Assembly: GCA_038245255.1 (NCBI GenBank)
Contig: JBBRSQ010000001.1
Span: forward strand, 2,335-66,334
Source: Patescibacteria group bacterium
Lineage (GTDB): Bacteria > Patescibacteriota > Patescibacteriia > Patescibacteriales > UBA12465
Length of the DNA: 64,000 nucleotides
Reading direction: 5' to 3'
A program made the translations under genes and the position numbers. Shown here one piece after another: positions 19,436 through 29,842 of the stretch. Numbering within the stretch: the stretch's first letter is position 1; every line of letters starts with the position of its first letter. The notes beneath the pieces were generated by a model. The model was not told the origin of the DNA, ran no database searches, and saw only the letters and a program-made list of their open reading frames with translations.

Positions 19436-20947
19436 CTATTGCTGATAAAATGCCCGCACATCAGCATTAAATTTAGCCACTTTTAAATTATAGCTATTTA
19501 CCGCTGTTTGATACGTAGCGAGATCAGCATTATATTTAGTAATCTTAGAATTATAACTCGAAATCAAATTATTATACTCTTTTATTTGCCCGTTTGTGTA
19601 ATACGCCTCCATTTGATTCTTTAAAGTGGTTACGCTTCCCTCCTCAGTTTTTATATCATTACCCATTGCGATTACTTCAAGCTGTTGCGTGTCAATATCT
19701 TTCTTGGTTTGACGCAGCGTCTCAACTCGCAAGTGAAGTGCCGGCATTCCCTGATATATTTTTCCGGGACTCGTTTGGTAAATTTCAATTTTTCCAAGAT
19801 TTGTTGAATTAAATAAATTGGTAAAGTCTTCGGCGGTTTGCGCCTGACCACCAGCAATACTTTGCGGAATAACACCGAGAGGAAAATAGTTTGTTGTTTC
19901 CCCGTAACAATATCCGGAATTATTTAGTGAATACTCTTTCGGACAAGCAATTCCAAGAGCAGTATGGTTTCTATCGGGAAAATCTAATATCGCCGCCCCA
20001 TAGCCGAGTTTACGTAGTAAGGCAACCGCTAAAAAAGTTTTATCCGAACAAACTCCTTTATCTAAATACAGAGTCTCATAAGGAAAATAAGGATTATTAT
20101 TTGTAGCGAGGTCGGCGCTTAGTTTTGATTGGTCATAAGGGATATACTGGACAAAAGTAAGTGTTAGCTCCACTAACTGATCATCTGACCATTTATTTTC
20201 AGATGCAATTTTTTTTAATTTAACTATTATTTCATCCAAAGAAGAGTCAGTATTTTTTATTTGTAAAAATAAACCATAAAAAACGTCTCGCAAGTTAGCT
20301 GGCTCATGGCCTTCTAAATAGCTATAGGTCTTTGGAGAATTTTTATAAGAATTATAAATACTAGCTGATAGTCCTTGAAGTAATTCAAAATTTGTATTTT
20401 GATATTTGAACGAAAAAATTCGACCCTCAGGAGTTATAACATTCAAGCCTGGCGTCGTTGTCCCAGCTGTCAGTGATGAGCTAGTGTTCGCGACACTTAT
20501 CTTATCTAAATCTTTATTACTAATTCCCAGCCCCTTAAGCCGCATAACACTAAACGCGTCACTGGGACGACCAAGATAGAATAATTTTAGACTTATTGGG
20601 TCAACATAATACGCTTGGCCCTTGTCCTCAACTTTAAGAAGAATACGTCCCGATAAACGACTCGGGGCCACCATCAAAAAAGAATTTAAATCAGCATTTG
20701 CTACACCGAGACCAAGCGATCGCATAATTTGAAAGGCGTCATCTGGCCTGCCTAGGTAATAACGTTTACTGTTTAATGGATTAATATACCAAGCTTGTCC
20801 TTTATCTTGAACTTGTAACAAAATACGACCATTAAGGTTCAAGGCTGCTTGCGCTGATTTTAGTTTTAAAAAAGAAGAGCCAGATCCGAAGAATCCGACT
20901 CCAATAAAAGCAAACACCAGTGAAATTTTTATTATTCTTTTAAACAT
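19436..20947 (-). CDS. Secreted protein: two tandem repeats, transglutaminase-like domain, coiled coil
   Basis: Signal peptide; two GRILLxVxDKGQAxY...YLGRPxDAF repeats; PYETL..GVCSDK...HTALGI...ETT. Confidence 0.7.
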   Translation of the reverse strand: MFKRIIKISLVFAFIGVGFFGSGSSFLKLKSAQAALNLNGRILLQVQDKGQAWYINPLNSKRYYLGRPDDAFQIMRSLGLGVANADLNSFLMVAPSRLSGRILLKVEDKGQAYYVDPISLKLFYLGRPSDAFSVMRLKGLGISNKDLDKISVANTSSSLTAGTTTPGLNVITPEGRIFSFKYQNTNFELLQGLSASIYNSYKNSPKTYSYLEGHEPANLRDVFYGLFLQIKNTDSSLDEIIVKLKKIASENKWSDDQLVELTLTFVQYIPYDQSKLSADLATNNNPYFPYETLYLDKGVCSDKTFLAVALLRKLGYGAAILDFPDRNHTALGIACPKEYSLNNSGYCYGETTNYFPLGVIPQSIAGGQAQTAEDFTNLFNSTNLGKIEIYQTSPGKIYQGMPALHLRVETLRQTKKDIDTQQLEVIAMGNDIKTEEGSVTTLKNQMEAYYTNGQIKEYNNLISSYNSKITKYNADLATYQTAVNSYNLKVAKFNADVRAFYQQ

Positions 20948-20964
20948 TAAATCTTTCTTGAATG

Positions 20965-21642
20965 TTAATCAATTAAAGTTAAAAATAAATCTTCATCAGG
21001 TGGAGACGGTAAATGACTAACATCATTTATATAATTAATTTTAACAAAACCATCGCGATCGATAACAAGCTTCGTAATTGAAGATTGGAAAATTTCAAGT
21101 GACAAAAACCCTATAACATCGGCATTTAATATTCCTGTCACCAGTGCTTTAATAAAGTTCCCGTGAGAGAATAAGGCAATACTTTTACCTTTATTATTTT
21201 TATATATATCAGCTAGAGCCCGACGAGCATTGGTCTGCATTTTATCAAGCTGAAGATCAAGCAGGCGGTGGTGTTTTAATTTTTTTTGACGATTTTTTTC
21301 TGATACATTAAAATATTTAATTCTAAACCAATGAGTCCAGTCAATTTCATTTAAACGACTATCGAGAACTAATTCTTTCTTTTGTTTTTGTGCATACACA
21401 AAAGCTGTTTCTTGAGCACGGACCAGTTCACTAGCATAAATTTTATCAAATTTCATCGACAATAACTTCTTGGTGAGAAATTTTCTTTGCTCAAGACCAT
21501 TCTTTGACAAGGGCATATTGTGCTCGCCAACTTTAGTTTCGGTTGTATAGTCCGGATGGCAATGACGTATTAAATAGATCTCTGTATAAGGATTACTTGT
21601 CTTTGGTTTAATCTTAATATACGGGTTTTGGTATTTTTTCAT
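20965..21642 (-). CDS. Histidine phosphatase family protein
   Basis: YLIRH, SELVRAQETA, LNEID, FSHG. Confidence 0.88.
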   Translation of the reverse strand: MKKYQNPYIKIKPKTSNPYTEIYLIRHCHPDYTTETKVGEHNMPLSKNGLEQRKFLTKKLLSMKFDKIYASELVRAQETAFVYAQKQKKELVLDSRLNEIDWTHWFRIKYFNVSEKNRQKKLKHHRLLDLQLDKMQTNARRALADIYKNNKGKSIALFSHGNFIKALVTGILNADVIGFLSLEIFQSSITKLVIDRDGFVKINYINDVSHLPSPPDEDLFLTLID

Positions 21643-21648
21643 AATATC

Positions 21649-22251
21649 TTACAAGTTGTTCTGGGCAAATTCCCAATTTAATAAATTTCTCAATATTCCT
21701 TCAACAAAATCAGCTCGACGGTTTTGATAATCAAGGTAATAAGCATGTTCCCAAACATCAATTGTTAGTAAAGGTTTCAAGCCGTGCGCAATTGGCGTGT
21801 CAGCATTTGTTGTCTTAATGATTTTTAGAGTTTCATTTTCAATTACCAGCCAGGCCCAACCACTGCCAAACTGGCTAAGAGCAGCCGTTTTAAATTCTGA
21901 TAAAAAAGAATCTAAGCTTCCAAACGATTTATTTATTAATTCTAATATTTTTTCACTCGGACTAGACTGATTCGAAGCTGGTCTTAAACTGTTCCAAAAA
22001 AAATCGTGATTAAATATCTGGGCGGCGTTATTGAAAATAGCTGTCTGATCTTGATTGGCAAAAGTATGCTTAATAATATTTTCAAGACTTTCAGCTTCAT
22101 ATTCAGTACCGGCAATTAATTTATTTAAGTTATCAACATAAGCCTGGTGGTGTTTTCCGTAATGGAAATCAAGAGTATTCGCCGAAATATGTGGTTCCAG
22201 CGCTGATTTTTCAAATGGCAATAAAGATAATGTAAACATAAATTTATTCAT
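21649..22251 (-). CDS. sodB: Superoxide dismutase (probably Fe type)
   Basis: HYGKHHQAYV, NNAAQIFNH, DVWEHAYY. Confidence 0.93.
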   Translation of the reverse strand: MNKFMFTLSLLPFEKSALEPHISANTLDFHYGKHHQAYVDNLNKLIAGTEYEAESLENIIKHTFANQDQTAIFNNAAQIFNHDFFWNSLRPASNQSSPSEKILELINKSFGSLDSFLSEFKTAALSQFGSGWAWLVIENETLKIIKTTNADTPIAHGLKPLLTIDVWEHAYYLDYQNRRADFVEGILRNLLNWEFAQNNL

Positions 22252-22328
22252 TTAAATAATTAAAATATTATTGAATAATTATATCAAAAATATCGTAAAC
22301 GCGCCATAAATGCCATTTTTTTCAAAAA

Positions 22329-22913
22329 TTAACACTCACTCCCGCCTTTCTTGAGCTTAGCTCGTAATTCTCGGAAGTTTGGCACTTCACGAGCAACTAA
22401 GCCCCAGAATGCACGTGAGTGATTAAATTCTTTTAAATGACAGAGCTCATGAACAACAACGTAATCACGTGACTCAGACGATAAATATAATAAGCGAAAA
22501 TTAAAATTCAAATTACCACTTCGCGAACAACTTCCCCATCTGGTTTTTTGATCACGAATATTAATCTGTTTATATTTGAAATTATAAATTTCAGAAAAAA
22601 ATTTTGCTCTGGCCGTAATAATTTCGCGAGCCTTTTCGCGGTTATTTAAATAATCTCGTCGTGTAAGCAAATTAAGAGGATCAATTTTAGTATTTTTAAA
22701 ACTAGTGATTCGACTTATAAGCCAATTCTCTTTTTCATGAAGAAATTTTTCTACGATTTCAATACTTAATAAACGAGGCTTAGTGACAACTAAGCTGCCA
22801 TCAGGGTAAACTGCCAACCGAAGACGTTTGGCGCGAAGACTAAGCTTAAGAGTATAATTAATAATCTTATTTCTTAATTTAATTTCTTTTACTATTTCGC
22901 TCTGTATCTTCAT
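22329..22913 (-). CDS. YgjP/DUF45-like zinc metalloprotease-fold protein
   Basis: QKTRWGSCS, YVVVHELCHL..NHS..FW. Confidence 0.88.
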   Translation of the reverse strand: MKIQSEIVKEIKLRNKIINYTLKLSLRAKRLRLAVYPDGSLVVTKPRLLSIEIVEKFLHEKENWLISRITSFKNTKIDPLNLLTRRDYLNNREKAREIITARAKFFSEIYNFKYKQINIRDQKTRWGSCSRSGNLNFNFRLLYLSSESRDYVVVHELCHLKEFNHSRAFWGLVAREVPNFRELRAKLKKGGSEC

Positions 22914-23547
22914 TGTTTATAAATAAAATTCCACTTAACTTTTCCTCGATTTCTTTGATTAATTTTGTGAAATCTTCTGGTTTTTTAAAATCAAGCGCAC
23001 TTCGGTCAAAATATAAAACGTTACTATTAAAAGTTTTCAAATATTTATCATGCACCTCATGAATGGCGGCATATCTTTCCAAAAAATTATTATTTAATTC
23101 GAAGCTTCTACCTCGCGCCACGACAAATTCTTTTATTTTTTCTGGGCTAGCTTTTAAACTAATAATTAAATCGGGCCAAGGAAAAATATCTCTATCCATA
23201 CTTGAAGTTTCCATCATTAAATCCCTTTCAAAGGGATCACTCAAAAATTCCTGACAACAAACTTCATTTACGAACCAAAAGTTATCCAATAAAACGATAA
23301 AACCTTCTTTCTTTAATCTTAACGCTTCTAAGTATTGAGAAAAGGTTTTATTTCGAAAATACATACGTGTCGCCAGCTGATTTTTACCGGTTTTTATACT
23401 TTCTCGTACTGTCTCGGGAAAATCTTTCTCTTCGCCTTCATAAAGTGCTTCAGCTTCGTAATACTTTGCTAAACGCCTGACTAAAGCTGATTTACCAGTT
23501 CCGGGTCCTCCGGAAACGGCAATAATGATTCCTTTTTTAGTATTCAT
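22879..23547 (-). CDS. Deoxynucleoside kinase family protein
   Basis: P-loop GGPGTGKS, PDLIISLKAS, RGRSFE lid. Confidence 0.8.
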   Translation of the reverse strand: MNTKKGIIIAVSGGPGTGKSALVRRLAKYYEAEALYEGEEKDFPETVRESIKTGKNQLATRMYFRNKTFSQYLEALRLKKEGFIVLLDNFWFVNEVCCQEFLSDPFERDLMMETSSMDRDIFPWPDLIISLKASPEKIKEFVVARGRSFELNNNFLERYAAIHEVHDKYLKTFNSNVLYFDRSALDFKKPEDFTKLIKEIEEKLSGILFINNEDTERNSKRN

Positions 23548-23549
23548 GT

Positions 23550-24557
23550 TTATTTTTTTCGACCTCGCAATTGCCCGCAGGCCGCGCTAATTTCCGAACC
23601 AAAACTTAAACGAACAGTTACGGCAACGCTGGCTTCTTCGAGAATTTTTTTAAATTTCTCAATCCGTTCACGCCCAGAGGCTTGAAAACGACCAGTTTGG
23701 TTATACGGTATTAAGTTAACCATATATAAGGGTTTTTTCATTAGCTTGATTAGATCGTGTGCGTCCTTATCGCTATCGTTAACATTTTTAATCATTAAAT
23801 ACTCGAACATTACGCGGCGACCAGTCTTAGTGATATAATTATCAACGGCTTTAAATATTTCATGCAAGCTATATTTATTAGCGATTGGCATCAAATCTTT
23901 ACGTAAATTATCATTAGCGGCATGAAGAGAAACGGCGAGGTTAATTTGCATTTTTTCACCGGCTAATTTTTTTATTCCTTCAGTTATGCCCGAGGTTGAA
24001 ACAGACATACGGCGCGAACCAATATTTAAAGTCTCCGGATTATTTAAAAATTTAGCTGCTTTAATAAATTCGGCATAATTAAGAAATGATTCCCCCATTC
24101 CCATAAACACAATATTATCAACTTTTTGGTCTTTGTTTTCATTTTTAAGATATCTTGACCAAAAAACTACTTGTTCAACAATTTCTTCTGACTTCAAATT
24201 GCGACGAAAACCAAAATTTCCCGTAGCACAGAATTCGCAGCCCAAAGCACAGCCAACTTGGGATGAAACACAAACAGTATTGCGCTTATCCTTTTGACGA
24301 ATTAAAACAGTTTCAATTGCCTCACCGTCTAAAAGTGTAATCAAAGCTTTAATGCTTTTATTTTTTCCTGAATTTTTTTCAATTTCAGCCTTAATCTCTA
24401 GGGGACATTCTTCGTTTAATTTTTCCCTTAATTCTTTTGGTAAGCTGGAAACTTCTTGCCAAGCAGAAACAAAATCTTGCCAAAGTGCTTTATTTACTTG
24501 AACAAAACGATATTTTGGCTGTGTTTGCAGAATTCCAGATAATTTAGATAAGTTCAT
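23550..24557 (-). CDS. rlmN: 23S rRNA/tRNA adenine C2-methyltransferase RlmN (start probably 24557)
   Basis: CVSSQVGCALGCEFC, FMGMGE, SLHA, NLIPYN, AACGQL. Confidence 0.9.
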   Translation of the reverse strand: MNLSKLSGILQTQPKYRFVQVNKALWQDFVSAWQEVSSLPKELREKLNEECPLEIKAEIEKNSGKNKSIKALITLLDGEAIETVLIRQKDKRNTVCVSSQVGCALGCEFCATGNFGFRRNLKSEEIVEQVVFWSRYLKNENKDQKVDNIVFMGMGESFLNYAEFIKAAKFLNNPETLNIGSRRMSVSTSGITEGIKKLAGEKMQINLAVSLHAANDNLRKDLMPIANKYSLHEIFKAVDNYITKTGRRVMFEYLMIKNVNDSDKDAHDLIKLMKKPLYMVNLIPYNQTGRFQASGRERIEKFKKILEEASVAVTVRLSFGSEISAACGQLRGRKK

Positions 24558-24558
24558 T

Positions 24559-25668
24559 TTATTTTTTCTTAAGAATAATTTTAACAATTTCACTTTGCCC
24601 ACTAGTTCTCATTGGTGGCCCCCAAGTACCAGCCCCTCGACTAACGATTAATGAGAAATCTCCGTCATTAAACAATCCCTGCGCGTAGCCTTTATAGGCC
24701 AGCTTAGAAATGTAATTAAACGGAAATAATTGACCATTATGCGTATGACCGGATAATTGTAGGTCAATTTCAGCATGTTTAGCAAGAGCAATGTTTTTAG
24801 GTTCATGAAATAAGAGAATGCTCGCCTTGGCTTTACTGTAACCAACTTGCTTTAAAATAGCCGCCTCTAAGTCGAAATCCTTATTAAAAGAATAATTAAT
24901 GCCAATAATTTGCAGGCCATCAATTTCTACCATCTTATTATCTAAAACTTCCACTGGCCTATCTTTAAGAAGTTCTATAACGCGATTAAAGCCGAGATAC
25001 AAATCATGATTTCCAAAAGAATAATAAATTCCTCGTGGAACTTTAAGTTTTGAAAATGGATGATTTAGCCACGTAAAATCCGATTCCATTCCATCGAATA
25101 AATCTCCAGTAATAAAAATGGCCTCCGGGTTTAATTTCTGTGCCTTGCTTAATAAGCGACCAAAAAATTTTTCGCGATAAACAGGGCCAAGATGAACATC
25201 GGAAATCTGAACAACAACTTTATTATTCCAAGTCTCTGGTAAATCTTTTATCACCACTTCATACGATGTAACTTTCGGGATCCACGCCTTATAAAGACCG
25301 AAGAAAGAAATAATCATTGCCCCCAAGAAGTAAAATAAACGTAAAAAATGTAGCGAAACTTCAAAGTCAAAGGACCAAGATGCTAATTTAATAAGTAGAA
25401 CTAGAACCATCATTAGGCTAAGATTTGCAAGTAGTCCAATCCAAAAACCAGTAATAATATAATACCAACGAGTAAAAACATTATCCCATTTATGAATCAA
25501 GTATGACGCGCAAACAGTGCTGACAAATAAAAAAAGGATTATTAAAGCGGCTACCAAACGGCCCTCTAAAGCACTTATGCTCAGTATGTTTATTGAAAAA
25601 AACCAAACTAAAATATGTCCTGCTAAAAGCATTAAAACGGAAACAGCGAAATAAATTAATTGCATCAT
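24559..25668 (-). CDS. Membrane-anchored metallophosphoesterase (YkuE-like)
   Basis: SDVHLG, TGDLFD, GNHD, SGHTHNGQ; N-terminal TMs. Confidence 0.9.
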   Translation of the reverse strand: MMQLIYFAVSVLMLLAGHILVWFFSINILSISALEGRLVAALIILFLFVSTVCASYLIHKWDNVFTRWYYIITGFWIGLLANLSLMMVLVLLIKLASWSFDFEVSLHFLRLFYFLGAMIISFFGLYKAWIPKVTSYEVVIKDLPETWNNKVVVQISDVHLGPVYREKFFGRLLSKAQKLNPEAIFITGDLFDGMESDFTWLNHPFSKLKVPRGIYYSFGNHDLYLGFNRVIELLKDRPVEVLDNKMVEIDGLQIIGINYSFNKDFDLEAAILKQVGYSKAKASILLFHEPKNIALAKHAEIDLQLSGHTHNGQLFPFNYISKLAYKGYAQGLFNDGDFSLIVSRGAGTWGPPMRTSGQSEIVKIILKKK

Positions 25669-25672
25669 AAAT

Positions 25673-26716
25673 TTATAAATTTACATTATCCCGACGCAAA
25701 CTGCGCTCAATACGGCTTATTACCTTTTGTAAAATTTTAACTGCTTCAAGGGGGTGGGCCCCAATAGTTGTTTCATCCGAAAGCATAATCATATCGGCCC
25801 CCTCAAAAACGGCATTAGCAATATCTGATACTTCGGCACGCGTTGGATGAGAATTAAGAATCATTGACGTCATAACTTGGGTAGCAATGATGGCTGGTTT
25901 GTCGTGCCAATGGGCGTGACGCACTAAATTTTTTTGAACAATTGGCAAATCCTCTATTGGAATCTCAATTCCTAAATCACCTCGAGCAATCATAATCAAA
26001 TCAGAAGCAGTAATGATTGCATCAATGTTTTTTAAAGCGATTGCTCTTTCGATCTTAGAAATAATTTTGACTTTTTTGTTTTTTCCAAATAGCTGCCTTA
26101 GTTTTTTAACGTCATTAGCTGTTTGAACAAATGAAAGTGCGATGTAATCGACTCCAGCCTTTAAAACAAATTTAACGTCTTTGATATCTTTCGGTGTTAA
26201 ACCGCCTTTTTTTAAATTAGTATAGGGAACATTTACTCCCTTATGAGAAGTAAGAAGGCCTCCCGTAATTACAGTTCCGGAGATAATTTTGTCTTTGATT
26301 CCAGAAACAGCAATTTCTATCTCACCATTACATAAAAATAATGGATCACCCTTTTTTATATCTAAATGGAGTTCTGAGTTATCAATCGGAATAATACCCG
26401 TTTCCGGGCTCGGTTTTTTTCCATTATATGAAAACCTAAGCGCCTCGCCATCATGAAGTATTAATTCATTTTCGGCTAGCTTGCCGACGCGGATACGAGG
26501 TCCTTGCAGATCGGCAATAATAGAAACTTTATTTTCAGAATTTAAATTAAAATCATCAACAATTTTTTTTATGCGCAAGTATTGCTCATAACTTGCATGT
26601 GAAAAGTTTACTCTCACATAACTAACCCCGGCCCGCAAAAGTGTTTGTAAATTTTCAGCTGATTCGGAATTAGGCCCAACCGTAATTATTATTTTGGTAT
26701 TCATAATTTCTAACAA
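25673..26716 (-). CDS. pyk: Pyruvate kinase (no C-terminal regulatory domain)
   Basis: RVNFSH, DLQGPRIR, KIE, IMIARGDLG, PTRAEVSD. Confidence 0.95.
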   Translation of the reverse strand: MLEIMNTKIIITVGPNSESAENLQTLLRAGVSYVRVNFSHASYEQYLRIKKIVDDFNLNSENKVSIIADLQGPRIRVGKLAENELILHDGEALRFSYNGKKPSPETGIIPIDNSELHLDIKKGDPLFLCNGEIEIAVSGIKDKIISGTVITGGLLTSHKGVNVPYTNLKKGGLTPKDIKDVKFVLKAGVDYIALSFVQTANDVKKLRQLFGKNKKVKIISKIERAIALKNIDAIITASDLIMIARGDLGIEIPIEDLPIVQKNLVRHAHWHDKPAIIATQVMTSMILNSHPTRAEVSDIANAVFEGADMIMLSDETTIGAHPLEAVKILQKVISRIERSLRRDNVNL

Positions 26717-27811
26717 TTATTTTCTAAGTTTATTGAGAAGATTCTGGTAAAATTCTAAATTATTCAAACTTGCTAATTTTTGTCCTAAGGCTTCATTCAT
26801 TTTAAATAGATGATGAAGATAAGATCGCGTCAGTTTTTTCAAATCATAAATTTTGCTTTTCGAATTGATGGCGGAAAAATCTTGAGAATATTTTGCATTA
26901 TTAATGTTTATATTTGTAAAATTAAATGACTGAGAATTAAGAAACAATTTTCCATGTCGGCCTTCCCTGGTCGGTATTACACAATCGAACATATCCCAAC
27001 CCATTTTTGCGCAGCGAATTATATCCTCCGGTGTGCCGACGCCAAGTGCGAAGCGGATGGCCGATTCTGGAATATATTCGGCTGTTTTTCGTAGCACTTC
27101 TTCTAAAAAATTTCCCTTTTCATCAACTGGTCTCGCCCCAAAGCCATAGCCATCAAAGCCAATTTTAACCAGCTCTTTAGCGCAATATTCGCGTAAGTCA
27201 AGCTCGGCGCCTCCTTGAATTACTGCAAATAAAAGCGGCCGCTTTAAACCACTTAACTTTCGTTTATTGATTTGGCGTAAATATTCTTTTTTACATCGCT
27301 TTGCCCAACTAATAGTACGCTTCACGGCTAACTCTAAATCTAAACGAGAAAATTCATTAGGTGGACAATCATCGAAACAGACCATCATGTCGACTCCTAA
27401 AGCAAATTGAATCTGAATAGACTTTTCTGGAGTCAGCTCGTGGCTAGATCCATCAATGGGAGATTTAAATGTTACCTTATCATCCTCGATTTTCCCCAGC
27501 CGTGGATTTTTATGAATTAAAGAAAATACTTGAAAGCCACCTGAGTCTGAAAGTAGCGGTCCAGACCAGTTCATAAACTTATGAAGGCCGCCAGCGGCTT
27601 CGATAATTTTTAATCCCGGTTGAAGATATAAATGAAAGGTATTAACAACCAGAGCTTTCGTACCTGTTTGTTGAATTTCATTATTAGAAGTAAGTTTAAT
27701 ATAGGCACGAGTTGCGTCGGGCATATAAAAGGGCGTCTCTAAAACGCCGTGAGCAGTTTTTAAAATGCCACGGCGAATTCCTGACTTAGAGACTTCCTTT
27801 ATTTTAAACAT
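26717..27811 (-). CDS. tgt: tRNA-guanine transglycosylase (divergent)
   Basis: DSGGFQVFSL, IQGG, LGVG, DMFDCVIPTR. Confidence 0.9.
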   Translation of the reverse strand: MFKIKEVSKSGIRRGILKTAHGVLETPFYMPDATRAYIKLTSNNEIQQTGTKALVVNTFHLYLQPGLKIIEAAGGLHKFMNWSGPLLSDSGGFQVFSLIHKNPRLGKIEDDKVTFKSPIDGSSHELTPEKSIQIQFALGVDMMVCFDDCPPNEFSRLDLELAVKRTISWAKRCKKEYLRQINKRKLSGLKRPLLFAVIQGGAELDLREYCAKELVKIGFDGYGFGARPVDEKGNFLEEVLRKTAEYIPESAIRFALGVGTPEDIIRCAKMGWDMFDCVIPTREGRHGKLFLNSQSFNFTNININNAKYSQDFSAINSKSKIYDLKKLTRSYLHHLFKMNEALGQKLASLNNLEFYQNLLNKLRK

Positions 27812-27844
27812 AATCTAAAAAACTTTGTAAAAAATTATTAGCTC

Positions 27845-29833
27845 TTATTGAACCCGCCCTGAACTACTCATGCCCGCGATTTCGTCATCTTCGAGCTTAG
27901 TGGTTTTTGGTCCGGTCTTCGAGTTTATTAAATCTTTCGTTTCGGTGTCGAGCGCGCTAACGCTTGATCCTGTTGAAAGGATTAAAATTTTATTCTGATC
28001 TGCTTCTGAGGGCGTAATGCTGATACCGAATTCAGCCTTGGCTTCATAAACTGACACTGGAAGTCTACCAATGTCCCAAATAACCTGTCTAGTGTTAGCA
28101 TCGTAACGAATACTGCCAACGCCCGTAGAACTTTTTTGATCAAATGATACATTAAGAGGTAGATCATAAACAACCTGGGTATCACTTAGCTCATGTAAAT
28201 TGTTTTTAACAACCCAATAAACTTTAAAGCCTGTTGTTTCACCTACTTTTGGAGGCAACGGACCAGAACCGACTGGTTGATTATCATTATTAAAATATAA
28301 AATTTGCTCATCTAAACTTAAATCACTATTTAGACGAGAAACGATCGTGTTGCTTTTATTGTCTCCACTTTTGGCTGTTTGATTATTTACACCGTATTGT
28401 CCATAAGAAGTGATGCTCAATTTTTTCCCTAAGTCGCTTTCTTTAAAATTTAATAAATTAATTGAGAAACTAATCTCGCCTTCTTCATTTGGTTTTATTT
28501 GAGCTAACGCCGGAATTTCGTTCTTTGTCCAAATAATCATATTATCACGAACTTCGCCTCTTTTTGGCATTTTTAAAGAATTAAAGTCTAAAAAATCTCC
28601 CGTTAAAGCCGCCATAATAACCAAATCTTTAAAAGTGTTTTCACCCTTGTTGCTGAATTTTAGGCTATAATTTAATGTTTGACCAAAACTAACAGCCTTA
28701 TCATTTTTATCTCCATTAATTGTCATTGCTAAATTTAGATCGGTTTTTACGAGCTCGGGCATAAAACTTTGTTCCCAAAATACAAACGATTGCCCGTCAT
28801 CTAATCTTTTTTCTAAGCGCACACTGATTTCAGGATTACTTAGTTTAGAAACTATTTTATAACTTAAAGGAATTTCTTGCCTACTTGATTCTTTATTAAG
28901 TCCATTTATTGACCAGTTTGTACCAGAGTTCTTAGTAACTCTAACATTGCCGCTACTAGTTGAGGTGCCCTGCTTTGAATCTGGCAAAGATACAACTTGT
29001 GGATTTGTTTCATCAGGCAGAGAAAAACTTAAATTAAAATCGCCCAAGTAATTATCTTTAACATCAGATAAAATTAAAGTCATTATATTATCTTGATCAA
29101 GAAAGGCGGTGTTACTATAATCAAGGCTAATATCAAAGCCTGGTCCGCTAACTATCGTAGAAGCCGAAGCTTCCTTTTTAAATTGACTCGAATAATTTAA
29201 AGGCACATAACTTAAACGCCCGGAAATAATATTAACCGATTGCGGTTTATTAATTAATTTTCCAGTAATTGTAAGGGATCCGCTAGAATTCGCCGTTAAG
29301 TCCGGCAAGGTCCAGCCATAATTTCCATTTTGGGGCGCAATCGAACTCGTTATAAGAATAAAATTCTCAGGATATTGTATCTCTAAGTGTATTTTTGTCA
29401 ATGTAAATTTACTAGGATTAGAATACTGAACTTGATAGGAAAATTCCTCACCGGCAATAACCTTATCGGGCGCATTAATTGTTATTTCCAGCGAACTGGA
29501 GTCACTACCATTATCGAAAAAATATAAATAGGCAAAATATGCCATCCCGGCCAGAAGAGTAATTAATAGAATATTTTTAAAGAATCTGACAATCAAAAGT
29601 TGACGATGTCTAATCTTCATTTTACGAACATCGACAAATTCCCCTTTTTTATCTTTATAAATTTCATTTAAATTCGTTTCTATTTCTTGATTTCTGGCTT
29701 CACGACCAATTACTCTTTCAAAACTGGCAACTTCTTTATCGCTCGGCATCGGTCGTTCAACAAAGGCTGATAAACTTGACGAAGCTTCTTTATCAACCCT
29801 TAACATTTTTTTAATTTTTTTTTCTTCTGCCAT
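27845..29833 (-). CDS. Membrane-anchored Ig-like/DUF11-like repeat protein
   Basis: One TM followed by beta-rich repeats ('GEEFSYQVQYSN', 'GQTLNYSLKFSN', 'SGPLPPKVGETT'). Confidence 0.6.
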   Translation of the reverse strand: MAEEKKIKKMLRVDKEASSSLSAFVERPMPSDKEVASFERVIGREARNQEIETNLNEIYKDKKGEFVDVRKMKIRHRQLLIVRFFKNILLITLLAGMAYFAYLYFFDNGSDSSSLEITINAPDKVIAGEEFSYQVQYSNPSKFTLTKIHLEIQYPENFILITSSIAPQNGNYGWTLPDLTANSSGSLTITGKLINKPQSVNIISGRLSYVPLNYSSQFKKEASASTIVSGPGFDISLDYSNTAFLDQDNIMTLILSDVKDNYLGDFNLSFSLPDETNPQVVSLPDSKQGTSTSSGNVRVTKNSGTNWSINGLNKESSRQEIPLSYKIVSKLSNPEISVRLEKRLDDGQSFVFWEQSFMPELVKTDLNLAMTINGDKNDKAVSFGQTLNYSLKFSNKGENTFKDLVIMAALTGDFLDFNSLKMPKRGEVRDNMIIWTKNEIPALAQIKPNEEGEISFSINLLNFKESDLGKKLSITSYGQYGVNNQTAKSGDNKSNTIVSRLNSDLSLDEQILYFNNDNQPVGSGPLPPKVGETTGFKVYWVVKNNLHELSDTQVVYDLPLNVSFDQKSSTGVGSIRYDANTRQVIWDIGRLPVSVYEAKAEFGISITPSEADQNKILILSTGSSVSALDTETKDLINSKTGPKTTKLEDDEIAGMSSSGRVQ

Positions 29834-29842
29834 ATAAATAAA

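Noticed and set aside
23550-24602. Possible Cfr-type resistance methyltransferase (MGMGES instead of MGMGEP)
   Set aside because: CVSSQVGC and the housekeeping context favour RlmN; a phylogeny would be needed to claim otherwise.
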